A stretch of 64,000 nt of DNA from Pelomyxa schiedti. Lineage: Eukaryota > Protista > Evosea. Every line of letters begins with the position of its first letter. Positions within the stretch are counted from its first letter, which is position 1. The position numbers and the translations under genes are program-made. A model generated the notes under the pieces. The model saw only the letters and a list, made by a program, of their open reading frames with translations, was not told the DNA's origin and ran no database searches. This document shows positions 1 to 14,719 of the stretch, piece by piece. The DNA is taken from assembly GCA_020536535.1 (NCBI GenBank), contig JAHLWZ010000798.1, forward strand, positions 62,001 through 126,000, written 5' to 3'.

Positions 1-40
1 TCTTTTTTTTTTCTCCCCCACTTTATTAACCGAGGTTTAG

Positions 41-1187
41 CATGATGCTGTTGTAACTTCCATCGATTGGGCTCCACGCACCAACCGAATTGTGAGTTGC
101 AGCCAAGACAGGAATGCTTACGTGTGGGCTTTTGACGCCGAAGCCAACAAATGGAACCCCACATTGGTCATTCTGCGAATCAACCGCGCTGCCACTCACG
201 TGAGGTGGAGCCCAGAGGGTAGGTTTTTGTTTCCCTGATTTTTTTTTTTCAACTCCCCTTCTAGAGAACAAGTTCGCAGTGGCCAGTGGAGCTAAGGTTG
301 TTTCTGTTTGTCACTTTGAAGAGGATAATGACTGGTGGGTTAGCAAGCATATCAAGAAGCACAGATCAACTGTTACCAAAGTACGGTGTTTCAGATTATA
401 GTTCTAAATCTTACGGGTGTTCAGGTCGCATGGCATCCAAACAATCAACTCCTTGCCACTGGCTCCACCGACTCCAAATGCCGTGTTGTAAGTTGCCAAA
501 TTAAGGGTATTGACAGGCGTTTGGCAGCCAGTTCTTGGGCTGGAGCTAAGCCACCTCCTTTTGGTGAAGTGGTTTGTGAGGTGGACTGTGGAGGCTGGGT
601 TCATGGAGTTGCCTTCTCTCCAAGTGGTGACAGATTGGCCTTTGTTGGTCACGATGCGACTGTTGGCTTCGTTGATGCCCCAGCAACTCCCGGCGCCCCA
701 ACGAACCCCTGCATTGTGAAGCTGTCCACCCTCCCTCAAATGGATGTTCTGTTTGTGGATGAGAACCGTGCCATCACCGTTGGTCACGACTGCCAGCCCC
801 TCTTGTTCACCAGCAGCGGACCTGGTGCATGGTAAGGGTTTCAAAATTTCCAGAAATTACTGGTAACTTTTGTAGGGCCTTCACCAAGAACCTTGATGAG
901 AAGCCCAAGGCCACTGGTGGTGCAGCAGCCAGGGGTGGACCTGGGTCTGCCAATGCCTTTGACATTTTCAAAACGGCTACCGAGAAGGGTACCACCGACT
1001 CCAATGCCACCCAGACTGTGTTGGAAACAAAACACCAGAACACGATCACGTATGTTACTTGCTTTTTCCCTTCCAATATACTTACATTCCGCACAGAATG
1101 ATCATTCCATTCTCCGCCACCGGTGGTGTCCTAGCCGAGTACTCAACAAGTGGGTTGGATGGTGCCGTAATTGTCTGGCGTGTGTAA
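41..1187 (+). CDS. ARPC1: Arp2/3 complex subunit 1 (p41-Arc), WD40; 5' end lies outside the window; multi-exon
   Basis: Spliced translation gives [29 protein letters not shown]...[52 protein letters not shown] and [12 protein letters not shown]; GT-AG introns; stop TAA at 1185-1187. Confidence 0.93.
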
Positions 1188-1544
1188 GTGTTTCTGTGTT
1201 TGTTTACAGAGAGAACCAAACATGTTTTTTCTTTTTCATCAAGTTCCATTTTTTTTTTTTTTAAACTCCAAACCAGAAGCTGCACGATCCGGAACGACTG
1301 TCCCATTCACAGACACCGAACATGGATTGGTACGTGCTGGGTTCGTGTGTGGCTGATGGCATCGCAATGACATCAGTGTCATCAGCAGTGCGTGTTGTTA
1401 GTTGCTGGGCGCCATAATCATCAACCAATGAACTGGTTTTGGCACCGCACTGCGCCACGCACGCCGCCCAACCCACAACCCCTACCATAACAACCAACCC
1501 ACAAAGTGGCACGACGCACGCCAATATTTCGGTGACACAACGAA

Positions 1545-2110
1545 TTGACCGACCCCAACCCCAAGGTGTTGACCGTGGTCAAGTACGAGCACGGCGAGTG
1601 CACCACGTCGTTCATGGTGGGCCGCGTGAACGTGATAGGCTTCTTTGAGAGGCTGGTCACTCTGGCCGTCGCAGGCGTGCTGCTCTTTTCGGGTCACTGG
1701 ATTATGGCTCTGCCTTGCGTGCTACTCTCTGTTCCTTTCATTGCATTGTATGTGGGCCTGTATGTTTTATTTATTTTAGGTTTTTGTTTAGGGAAATCCC
1801 TAGTCCTATCTTTCGTGTATTCCCTGTCTAACCTCAACAAACAGACTTTTTGCAAGAAGACCGGTGTTTGATCCAGACACACAGTTGCATAAGAAAGGAC
1901 TACGCCGGCTCAGGAAATGCCTTCTGGGCCTTGGTTCATTCCACGCTACACACTTCTTGATATTACTCTGGGTGCTACTAATTGATTCATTGAACGAGAA
2001 AAAATCGGGGTAGAATTTGGAATAATAATAAGAGCTTTTTTGTTAAAAACACAGGTGGCATGTTCTTTCTATTTTACACTATGTGTGACAAACATGGGCA
2101 CCACATTGTT
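1545..2110 (+). CDS. Putative small multi-pass membrane protein, unidentified; start and exon structure uncertain
   Basis: Hydrophobic ORF (FFERLVTLAVAGVLLFSGHWIMALPCVLLSVPFIAL) followed by gtatgt donors and pyrimidine-rich acceptors; the first in-frame ATG is only at 1615. Confidence 0.3.
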
Positions 2111-2149
2111 ATTTACACTCTTGTGTTGAGGTTTATGTTATCCTTTCAT

Positions 2150-3492
2150 TCAGGACTCATTCGTGGCCGAAACAACTGCGTTTGGCCTGTTTCCACCATC
2201 TTGGCAATCCCAGAAATCTCTGACAAAGCTGCGGCACCCATCATACACCCTATTGGCACAGGATTCCCACTGCATATTGCAGAAGCCACCGCCTTCCTTG
2301 TCCTCCACCACAACGTACTTGTACTCAAATCTTTGTCCCCGGAGTGGCAGCCTAGCTTTCCACATCCCCCCTTCAGTCCATTGCATTCGGTTTTCTGGAG
2401 ATGCGGTCCACATTCCCAGCATCGGATTACTGCCCACAATATGTAAGTTCTGCCCGAAGCTGGTTATATAATGCACACTGAATTCCACAAGTCCATCTCC
2501 ATCGTCCTTCCCCTCTTTGTCTCGGATATTTGCGCTTGTGCCAGATGCGGGCCTCTCGGGCGAGCCAACCAAGTCCGAGACGGATGTAACTGTTGTATTC
2601 CTTTCTGCCAAGCTCTTTGCCGATGCTGCAACGGCCACAGCCACCGCTCTCTGACATGCTAATCTTTTCCCAAATGCAATGAGCTGCTGCCTGAATCCAG
2701 AATTTGGGGAAACGATTGGCCTTGCTGCTTTGGCAGCCCTGAGTGCTGCAGTGAAAGTCATTCCTTTGCGTTGCATAAGATATGCTATAACGATAGTGGC
2801 GCTTCTGCTCATCCCCCAAACGCAATGTACGAGGACTCGGCCAGATAGAAGTCCTTGGTCAATGAAATCTATGGCACGCTGGAAATGGCTGGTAATGTCG
2901 GCTTTTTCATCATCTGGAAGCCTGAAGAACCATAAGTTCAATCGAATGGGGAAAAAAAGGGGGGAACGTACGCCATGGCCTCCAGTCTGACGTGGCTCGG
3001 AAAGGCTTTGTAGTGAGCAACCATATCAGGAATGACCGCAACAGACAGAACATGTGTTATGCGGAAACGAGAAATAACCTGAAAGCTCATGAGTTTGTTA
3101 CATAATTTAAAGGGGGAACCAACCTGCTGGTCATATGCGTTAAGTTGGTCACCCAAATACAGCCCCTGGATGATCATGTCAGGATCGGGCCTGTGCTTCG
3201 GGATGTACTGGTTCCTCGCGGGGTCGAACACAAAGTGCTTCTTGAACTCACCCCACGGCATCGGTGGGTCCACCAACGACTCGTTCTCATCCTCCGAGTC
3301 GTCCGAGAATGACTCGGCGTGCGTCGCGCAAGCGCCGCCGCCGCCGTGGACGTGGCCGCCGACTTTGCCGAACACAAAACGTCGCTGCGCCTGGGTATGA
3401 GCTTGGTTGGTGCCGCTGGCGTCGACGATGGCTTTGTTCCGAGTGTTGTTGCTGTTGGTTGACTCGGTTGTCGTGTTGCTGAGTGACGGCAT
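2150..3492 (-). CDS. Dual-specificity protein phosphatase with C-terminal CBM20 starch/glycogen-binding domain
   Basis: DSP motifs PDMIIQGLYLG, ITHVLSV, DDEKADI and catalytic VHCVWGMSRSATIVIAYLM; CBM20-like VEFSVHYITSFGQNLHIVGSNPMLGMW...FEYKYVV...WESCANR; two GT-AG introns (~3124-3080, ~2970-2925); ATG at 3492. Confidence 0.88.
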
Positions 3493-4024
3493 GTTGGTGG
3501 TGGTTGGTCTCGACTCTATATATATGGTGTTTGTGTTGTGTTTGTTTTTTTTATATGTTTTCTTATATTTGTTGGAAATGCTTTTGAGGGAATTTATGGA
3601 GCATAATCTCTTTCCGGCGGCTGCATGTTCTGGAATTCCTGTTGCTTTTTTCAAATTTTCTTCCGTTTTTGCGAAGTGTTGGTTTCCGCATCGGGATCTT
3701 ACTCTAATGCAGATGTTGATATTTGATTATTGGCTTCGTTTCTCCGCCGGTTCTTCGATGTCAGAAGCAGTCGCTTTGTGCTTCTATCTGCTCCTGAACT
3801 TGCTGCAAATCCTCAACCCTCTCACAAAAACTCGTTCAGGCCCCGTGACTCTGTTGCGACGTAAAATGAGCTGAGGTAACCAAAGAACCTGAATACATCG
3901 AATCTCCAGGAGATTACGGTAGAAAACAAAATAGAAGAAAAACAAAAGCTAGATCTAGTGGTGCGTACGCGAAAGGCAACGAGCAACATCTTGCTCCCAC
4001 AAGACACACACAGGGCACACGGCG

Positions 4025-6509
4025 ATGTACACCACAGAGACAGATGACTTGGAACAAGAGGACGACGGGGGAGACGCAGGGGACGGGGCAGACGCGGCGG
4101 ACGGGGGAGAAGATGTCGGGGAGAGGTCCCCGATTACCATAATGATAGAGCAGCTGAAAAGCGACGACACGCAGCTTCGTCTCAACAGCATGAGGCAGCT
4201 GCCGATGATTGCGACCGCTTTGGGACCTGATAGAACGAGAACGGAATTGTTGCCTTACTTGGCTGGTGAATTTCCCTTTTTCGTTTCGTTTCTTTTCTTT
4301 TTTCCCTAACACCAACCCTCCTCCGTGATCTAGAACCAACTTTTTCTGAGTTGGTTCCAGACGCAGAGAAGCGTGGACCTTCGGTTTTTTTTTTTTTTTT
4401 TTTTTTTTTCCCCTTTAATTTAAAAACCCTTTGTTGAAAAGATTGCGTGGAGGATGAGGATGATGTGTTGATAGCACTGGCGGCAGAGTTGGGGAGATTT
4501 GGAGATTACATTGGGGGGAATGAGCATTCGGCTTTGCTGTTGCCCCCTCTGGAGTCGTTGGCCTCTGTGGAAGAGATCAATGTGCGCGACAAGGCATGTG
4601 AAAACCCAGTTCCTTACCATTTCCTTGACAGTCTCTCTCTCTTTTTTTGGCTTTTATTTTTCTATGGCGGTATCAAGGCTGTAGAGACTCTTATCTCCAT
4701 AGCTCAAGTAATCCCTTCAAACACGTTTGCAGAGTCTTTTACAGCAATGGTAAAACGACTTGCAGCACGAGAGTGGTTCACATCACGTGCCTCAGCTGCA
4801 TCCCTGATTCCCCATGCATATCCACATACACTGGAGTCTTCCAAAAAAGAGACTAGAGGGTCTGTATGCAAGTTCCAATGTGGCTCTGATTTTCATTAGA
4901 TTGTTATTCCAACTGTGCCGGGATGAAACTCCAGTTGTCCGTAGAGCATGTATCAGTGCCATAGGGGTGCGCCAGACACAGCTATGCAAAGCAAAAAACT
5001 AAAATTCCTAGATTCTTTCCAAACACCTTGAACCTGCTGTGATTAAGGATGAATTGGTTCCAGTTTTCCAACTTCTTGCAGCTGATGAACAGGTCAGTCC
5101 CCTCTCAACCTCTGCGCAGGGGAAAAAAAAAAGCCTCTCACCATTTCACATATGTGACCAAAAACAGAGATGCATTACAACTCCCTCTTTAGGATTCTGT
5201 TCGACTGCTGGGTGTTGATTCAACAACAGTGGTTTGCAAGAGCCTTCCTCCCTCGGATGTGAGTATCATGATTCCAACAATTTTGGCTTGCTGCTGTGAT
5301 AAATCATGGCGTGTACGATACATGGCTGCTGACCGTATCATAGAGGTATTGAATTTACTCATGCCAACGCCTTTTAATTCTTTAGATATCAGAGTCAGTG
5401 GGCCCGGCTGTAACTCAAAACGAAATCCTCAATTGCTATGTTAGTCTTTTCAAGGACACAGAGGCAGAAGTCAGAACCGCATCAGCTACACATTTGGCTG
5501 AGTTTGCAGGTCGTATACCTCATCCCCTTGTGGTCTCCAAGCTTGTACCTTGCATAAGAGATCAAATATTAACTACAATGGACCCATCTCAGCATGTCCG
5601 AGGTTTCACTTCTTTCATCTGTCTTTCTAACAGTGCTCTCAGCTGCACTTGCCGGAGTAATATCTAGTCTGGCCCCAATTTTGGGGAGAGACGATACTGT
5701 TCAATATCTGGTTGACGTTCTTGTAGAACTTCTAAAGGACGACTTCCATGAGGTGGAATTGCGAGACATAATGAAAGTTCTCATATTTTTCAGGTTAGAT
5801 TACATATTCTTTCAAAACTCGAACCTGTTCACAAAGTTATTGGTGTTGAAATACTTTCACAAGCTCTTCTGCCAGCATTTTTCAAGCTGGCAGAAGATAG
5901 GCAGTGGCGTGTGAAATTATCCATCATAGAATACACACCACAACTGGCACAACAACTGGTACAAGCACCTACTAAACTTCCCACTCTCACCTTACAAAGG
6001 GGATAGAGTTTTTTAATCAAAAACTCAATGACATGTGTCTCATGTGGTTAACAGACCCTGTATTTGCCATACGTGAGGCAGCAATACAGAACCTCAAGAA
6101 ACTCACACAAGTATTTGGTGTCCAGTGGGCCCAGCAATTTGTTATTCCGCGGGTAACTGCTCTCAACAACCACGCAAATTACTTGCACAGAATGACGACG
6201 CTCTTTGCTTTAACGGTGAGCAGCGTTTCTTTCACCATTCTGCTCTAACATTTGACGCAGGAACTTGCTTGCGTTGTTGATGCGCAAGTGATAGCAGGAA
6301 CTTTTATTCCCCTGGCAACAAGAATGGCACAAGACCCCGTAGCAAACGTACGCTTCAATGTGTGCAAGACCATGCAAGCCATGATACCATTTGCAGAAGC
6401 AAATACAGTGGCCTCTGAAATTAAGCCACTGCTCTTAAAGTTGGAAACTGATCCGGACAGGGACGTTCAATATTTTGCCAAGCAAGCACTCTCACAGTGT
6501 GAACTTTGA
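4025..6509 (+). CDS. PPP2R1A: PP2A scaffold subunit A (PR65, HEAT repeats)
   Basis: [107 protein letters not shown]. Confidence 0.97.
4594..4677 (+). other. GC-AG intron in the PP2A-A gene
   Basis: AAG|GCATGT...TATCAAG|GCT restores the conserved VRDK-AVE; the nearby GT alternative creates a stop. Confidence 0.75.
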
Positions 6510-6513
6510 AACA

Positions 6514-6569
6514 CAACTGCAACAAATTCTCACAGTTGACTCAACTGCAACAAATTCTCGCGGTTGACT
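6514..6569 (+). repeat. 28-bp tandem duplication just after the PP2A-A stop; each copy can form a hairpin
   Basis: caactgcaacaaattctcacagttgact / caactgcaacaaattctcgcggttgact. Confidence 0.85.
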
Positions 6570-6690
6570 CTCAAAAAGTGGTTTCTTTGTTTTTTTTGGC
6601 TGCTACGGGCACGTTTTTTTACGGCAGACTCTGACCTCTTTGTCTGCATAAAATAAAGGCTTGTGAGTGTTTGCAGAGAGATATTAAGCC

Positions 6691-7750
6691 TTAATGCCTA
6701 GTGAGCCTCAGTGCGTTTCCCACCAACAACAAGCCATCACCACCCACGCCAACAGAACCACACTGAAAAGTGCATGAAACCACCAGCCCAGGTTTATCCT
6801 CCCTGATGGCACACAGTGGGTTGCCGTCATCCCAATCCGCCACCAGTGTCACCTGTGTGGGTGAAACTGTGAGAAATATTTGCCAGTACGCATGGAGGGT
6901 CAAAGGGGAACAGCAACAACAAACAACATTACAGGTGTGTGTTGCGTTTGTGTGACTACAGAATCAAGGGAAACTATGCATACAGTTCCAGTTGTGGAGC
7001 GTGCTAGAACTGTGCGCCTTTTGTCGCTTCCTTGTGTTATTGCTCTCACGTTTGTCATGATTGGATGCGTTGGGATGTGGACTTTTCCAAGGTGCACATC
7101 GGCACTAGCATCAGCAGCTACGGTGAAGGGATTGTAGTTGCCACTCTGGAATTTACCCTACAAAACTTGTTGGGAATAGAACTTGGCAACAATAGTAAAG
7201 TACAAACCGCTGGGTATGAATATCCTGAGGAATTCGTGAAGCAGCAGAGGACTACAGTGGTTCCACTATCTACTGCTTGTGCCAAAAGGTTTCCATATGG
7301 GTCTGTGATGTTTTTACTGCGCCAGCAATAGTATTTACTGTTAAAGTTCATTCCATAAATAAAAGCCAAAGAAATGGCGATGTGAAGCAGCTCTCTACCT
7401 TTTTCAATCGACTGCCATATTGTGCACAGAATGGCGTCGTACCCATTAAATGTCTTACCCTGTAGATTACCAGGATTTACCAATGTCTCAACCTGTGAGC
7501 CTTGTGGCAGCACCGGAGTTAGTGCGACCGTTGTCGGGCAATAGCCGTCGTTGTTGGTGACGTGGAGCACCCTCAGTGGGTGGCAGCGTAACCCCATAGC
7601 GTGCGTTGGCTGCAGGTCGAAGCTGTAGCCCTTGACTTTGCCGGTGCCTCCACAGCATGGGCACGTGGAAAGAGTGACTTTGAGCAAGTTGGGGTGGCTT
7701 TGCAACAGGGCAAGGGCTGCCTGCACCTCCTCGGGCGTAGCTGCGGACAT
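6691..7750 (-). CDS. Hypothetical protein with an N-terminal CxxCxGxG motif and a putative alpha/beta (GATase-like) domain
   Basis: ATG at 7750; the frame stays open across GT-AG introns to ...GNLLAQAVDSGTTVVLCCFT...HPIMTNV...TLVADWDDGNPL...LLLVGNAL*; CPCCGGTG near the N-terminus. Confidence 0.65.
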
Positions 7751-8304
7751 CGCTTTCGACGATCGATTGGCTTGATTTTTTTTTTTGTAGTTTGTTTCCC
7801 GGTTCCGGAACCGGTACTATCTTCACACCAAGTTGGCTTCAAGTTGGTGCCAATTTGGGCCACGATGTTGCCAATTGCAAGAGGAACATTTGTGTTGCAG
7901 CACAGCCTTCATTGTTTCCACAACTCAACAAGACCAATACCCTCACTCAGCATCAGCCAACAGTTATCTCCATAAATAAATTCAACAGAGCCTGCCCAGT
8001 TTTTGTAGTGGGGGAGGACTGCTTGGGGAACACTAAGGTTACCACATTTTCTTCGTTCGCCTAGTCACTCGACCACAGTGCAGAAGCCAGACTCGGATAT
8101 CTGAGATCCGACAACTTGGTGCCCTTTTTACCAGGCGCCGCGAGATCTAAAAAAGAGAAAGTTCATCTCGGGTTGTGGGTGTTGCGGTTGTTTTGTATTC
8201 GTATTGACTCGACGGTGCCACACAAAACATGTCTGATTCGGTCAGCAGCTTTATTTCCCCCTGTGGTTTGTTTTTTTTTTTTTTTTCGTAACACGTATTA
8301 GCAT

Positions 8305-11233
8305 ATGAACATTGTTAGTGACACCGCGAGTGGTTTACATGGCACTGTGATTGGGCAGTTTTCAGTTTCTCAAGTTTTGGAGGAGTTGCAGAGGGTAATT
8401 TTTTTTTCTTTGGATACAACGATGCTTTGCTGACTGCGTATCAGATAGGGACTTCGGTGCCCCAACTCATCAACTTTACACAAACTCAGACAGCTCGAAT
8501 TGACAATCTCGGTACCGAGATACGGCAAATGAAAGAAGATGCCCAAGCACTCCGCCAGACACTTGATTGCAAGGAGAAAGAGCTTACTTCACTGAAAGGA
8601 GAGTGCAATGAGAAAACAATGATGATTTCGTCCCTCCAAAAAGAACTTCACACTGTGAAAGAGGAACTGTTAAAAATCTCCTTGGAGAGGGACGAAGTGC
8701 GTGCCATTCACCTGAAATTGATCACTTCTCAACACATAAAAAGGCCACCTCGACTTGCAGAGCTAAGACAGAACTGCTTGACAAACTGCAGGCTGAGTTT
8801 AGAGACCATTGTCAACTTTCAGACCAACATATCAGTCAACTTTCCCTAGCTGACGCCACCAAACAGCATGAAATAAACAAACTTACTGCAGAAGTTGAAG
8901 CTCTTTTGAAATCCCAGGAGCAAATCAAATGTGAAAATGTCGAGAAGAGTACTGCCATTGATCGTTATGTAAAGGAAATTGAGAGTCTCACAACTACAAA
9001 TGGTTCCTATTATATTACCCTTCTTTATCTTTTAAAAAAGATTATGACAGGCACACTGGTGGACCAGACAAGTAAGATACAAATGCAACTTATGGAAGCC
9101 CAGCAAAAACTTCAAGAACAGACGGACTTGGCAACGCAACTGCAACACGAGTGTTCCAGTAAGAGTACAGTTATTGAGACTCAACTCCACGATCTAGCTA
9201 GATTAAAAGATGAAAGTGGTATGAAACACATATCCACGACGTTTTTCTTATACAGTACCAGCAACTAGCAGGCAGGAACTGTGCCAACAAGTGGAGGGAC
9301 TTATGACCAGGGTGAATGAATTGACACAACAAAACCTACAGATCGGGCCACTCCAAGCTCTGACAGCTGACCTTCAGACGAAACTTGCAGCGCTTAACGC
9401 TTCTGTTTGTGAGAAAGATACTCAAATCGATCTCCAAGAGAAGAGATTGAGTCAAATAACTGAAAACCTTGCTTCGAAAGAGACAGTAGTTTCAGACTTG
9501 AAAACCAAGATAGCGGACCTAGAACAACATACTGCAGCCCTTCAATTGCAATTGCACGAAAAGGACAAAAGCCTGTCTGATATGACCACAGAAATTCATA
9601 CACATCAAAGTTCTATCGCTGATGTTCTCCAGCAACTCACCCAAAAAGACAATGAATTAAAAGAGGCCCAGCAAGAACTCTCTGGTAAAAGAGTCCTGGA
9701 AGCACAATTAAACAGTCAAATTTCTGAATTACAGACTTTATGCAAACAGAGGGTAATCTAAAGGATCTTTATCTCTCCTAACAGAAATTAAGGATCAAGA
9801 GTTTGAGCTGCTCCAGAGCAATTTCACTTCCCTGCAGCAGAGTAAAGCGAACATTGAGGAGAACTTCCGTACATGCACTAGCACTTTAAATGAAATGAAA
9901 GCCATGCAATCTCAGGCAGTGAATCAGATAGAAACTCTACAAAAGGAAAACCAAAGCATCACTCAAGAAAATACCGCATTGAAAATAGTCGAGTCACAAG
10001 CTATCCAAGAGAAACAGAGGGGCACCGAACTTTCTGAATTACTTGAGAAATCAAGAGGTCGATGTGCAGAATTGGAAGCTCACTTGACACACTCCACAGA
10101 GAAGACTCAACTTCAGGAAACTGAAATTCAGGCTCTGAAGAGCCAACTAGAATCTGCTAAGGCAACACCCAAAGAAATCACGGAGAACGATGTACCAGAA
10201 GAAATGTTGCAGAAGTTGAGACAGGAAATTGAAACAAAAGTTAGAGCAGAAATTGAGCGAGCAGTTCCACTGCCTATAACAGTACCCAGCTTCAATGATG
10301 ACGAGATTGAAATTACGGCGGTTACTTCTGCTGAGGGTGAGGAAGTCTCCCGGAAGAGACCAAGAGACCTCTCCTCTGAGAAAAATGATACAGAAGAACG
10401 AGAAGTAAGCTAACTCTTAGCTCCAAGCTTTGTCTTAAGATCTTATGCAGGTGTCTGAGCAACCTTGCTCAAGTGAAGTGTTTTCCGTACCATCGCCTGC
10501 CTCTTCACCCCCACAAGCACCACAAGAACGAAGAAAGAGCAAACCTCACAAGCGAAGAGCCTCTCGAGCTGATCCCCTTCCACCCAAGTCACCTGTAAGT
10601 GTAACAGAGAAATCCGACGATAACGCGGAATGCTCCACCCCGCCAGAACAAGTTGAATCACGTGACACAACAAGCGGCACACCCCCAAATGAGGTGGCCG
10701 TGTCATCTACACCAAAACGAAGGAGAACGCTCACCCGTGGACTCTCTCATAACATCCTCGTAAATGACGGCAAATACAACCTACGGAACCGCCTTGAAGT
10801 TTGCAACCAGTTAGGCTGTACCCAAGAAGAATCCACACACAGAGTCATTGAACAGCCTCTTTACAGGGAGCCTTACCTGGACCCAAGTAGTTCCACCCCA
10901 GGAAGGTGACTGACCCCGTTGCACCTTTCAAATTGATCACTAACACTCTCAAGGTACAAACAACAATTGACGCCGAAGAAAAGGAAAGATGGCACGGATA
11001 CCGTGATAAAAACGGAGAACACACAGTCGGCATCCCAGCCACCCGCAACACAACAGGTACCATTACCCAATACCTCTTCCGGTTGTAGCCTAACCAACCC
11101 AACACACAATCAGACAACACCCACTGGCACCTCTCCAATCCGCGTGCATCGCCCGCACCACCGCAGTAGCAACCCCAGACCGGCCAAAACCACAGCCACA
11201 CAACCACCCCCATCAACCACAAGCAACACCTGA
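8305..11233 (+). CDS. Long coiled-coil protein with a basic S/T/P-rich tail (putative nuclear structural protein)
   Basis: Series of heptad-rich E/Q/K/L exons joined by GT-AG introns; NLS-like RKRPR, KRRR and TPKKRK; last intron 10910-10948 has a cactaac branch site. Confidence 0.75.
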
Positions 11234-11425
11234 CACTGACTCCGGTACCAGAGTTAATCCTATATCCTGTTGTTTTCACAACAACGAGTTGTTGTAACAG
11301 TTCATAACAAAGCCTTCCCTCTTTCTTGCTGGGACTGATCCCTTAATTTCTTTTGCCCTATCTCACGGTGCACCTCTGTTGATTTCACTCAATGAGAGAG
11401 AACAGGGCCTGTTCCTCTCATTTAA

Positions 11426-14523
<3,098 letters not shown>

Positions 14524-14719
14524 GGGCATGCAACACCAAAACCACAAACAACACTGAATTAAAGGCAATAAAAATCATTTGGGTGACACCGCAAAAAACA
14601 AAAAATACGCCATCATTTTATCACATTTTGATTTTTTTCAGATCGAGAATTACAATCATCATTTCCAACACAGATCCAAACTAAACAAAGTCCATAAACC
14701 GGCCCACAGTGAAGCCAAG

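Noticed and set aside
1261-1524. 87-aa minus-strand ORF between ARPC1 and the membrane-protein gene
   Set aside because: No recognisable motif or splice support; it may be UTR or promoter sequence
1545-2110. Assignment of the small membrane protein as PIG-H or TMEM208
   Set aside because: Only vague similarity, and it depends on which splice path is chosen
2150-3492. Calling the DSP-CBM20 gene laforin (EPM2A) or SEX4
   Set aside because: Domain order and active-site motif differ from laforin, and the CBM type differs from SEX4
7792-8301. Small ORFs between the divergent genes at 7750 and 8305
   Set aside because: No convincing ATG-initiated frame, splice pattern or motif
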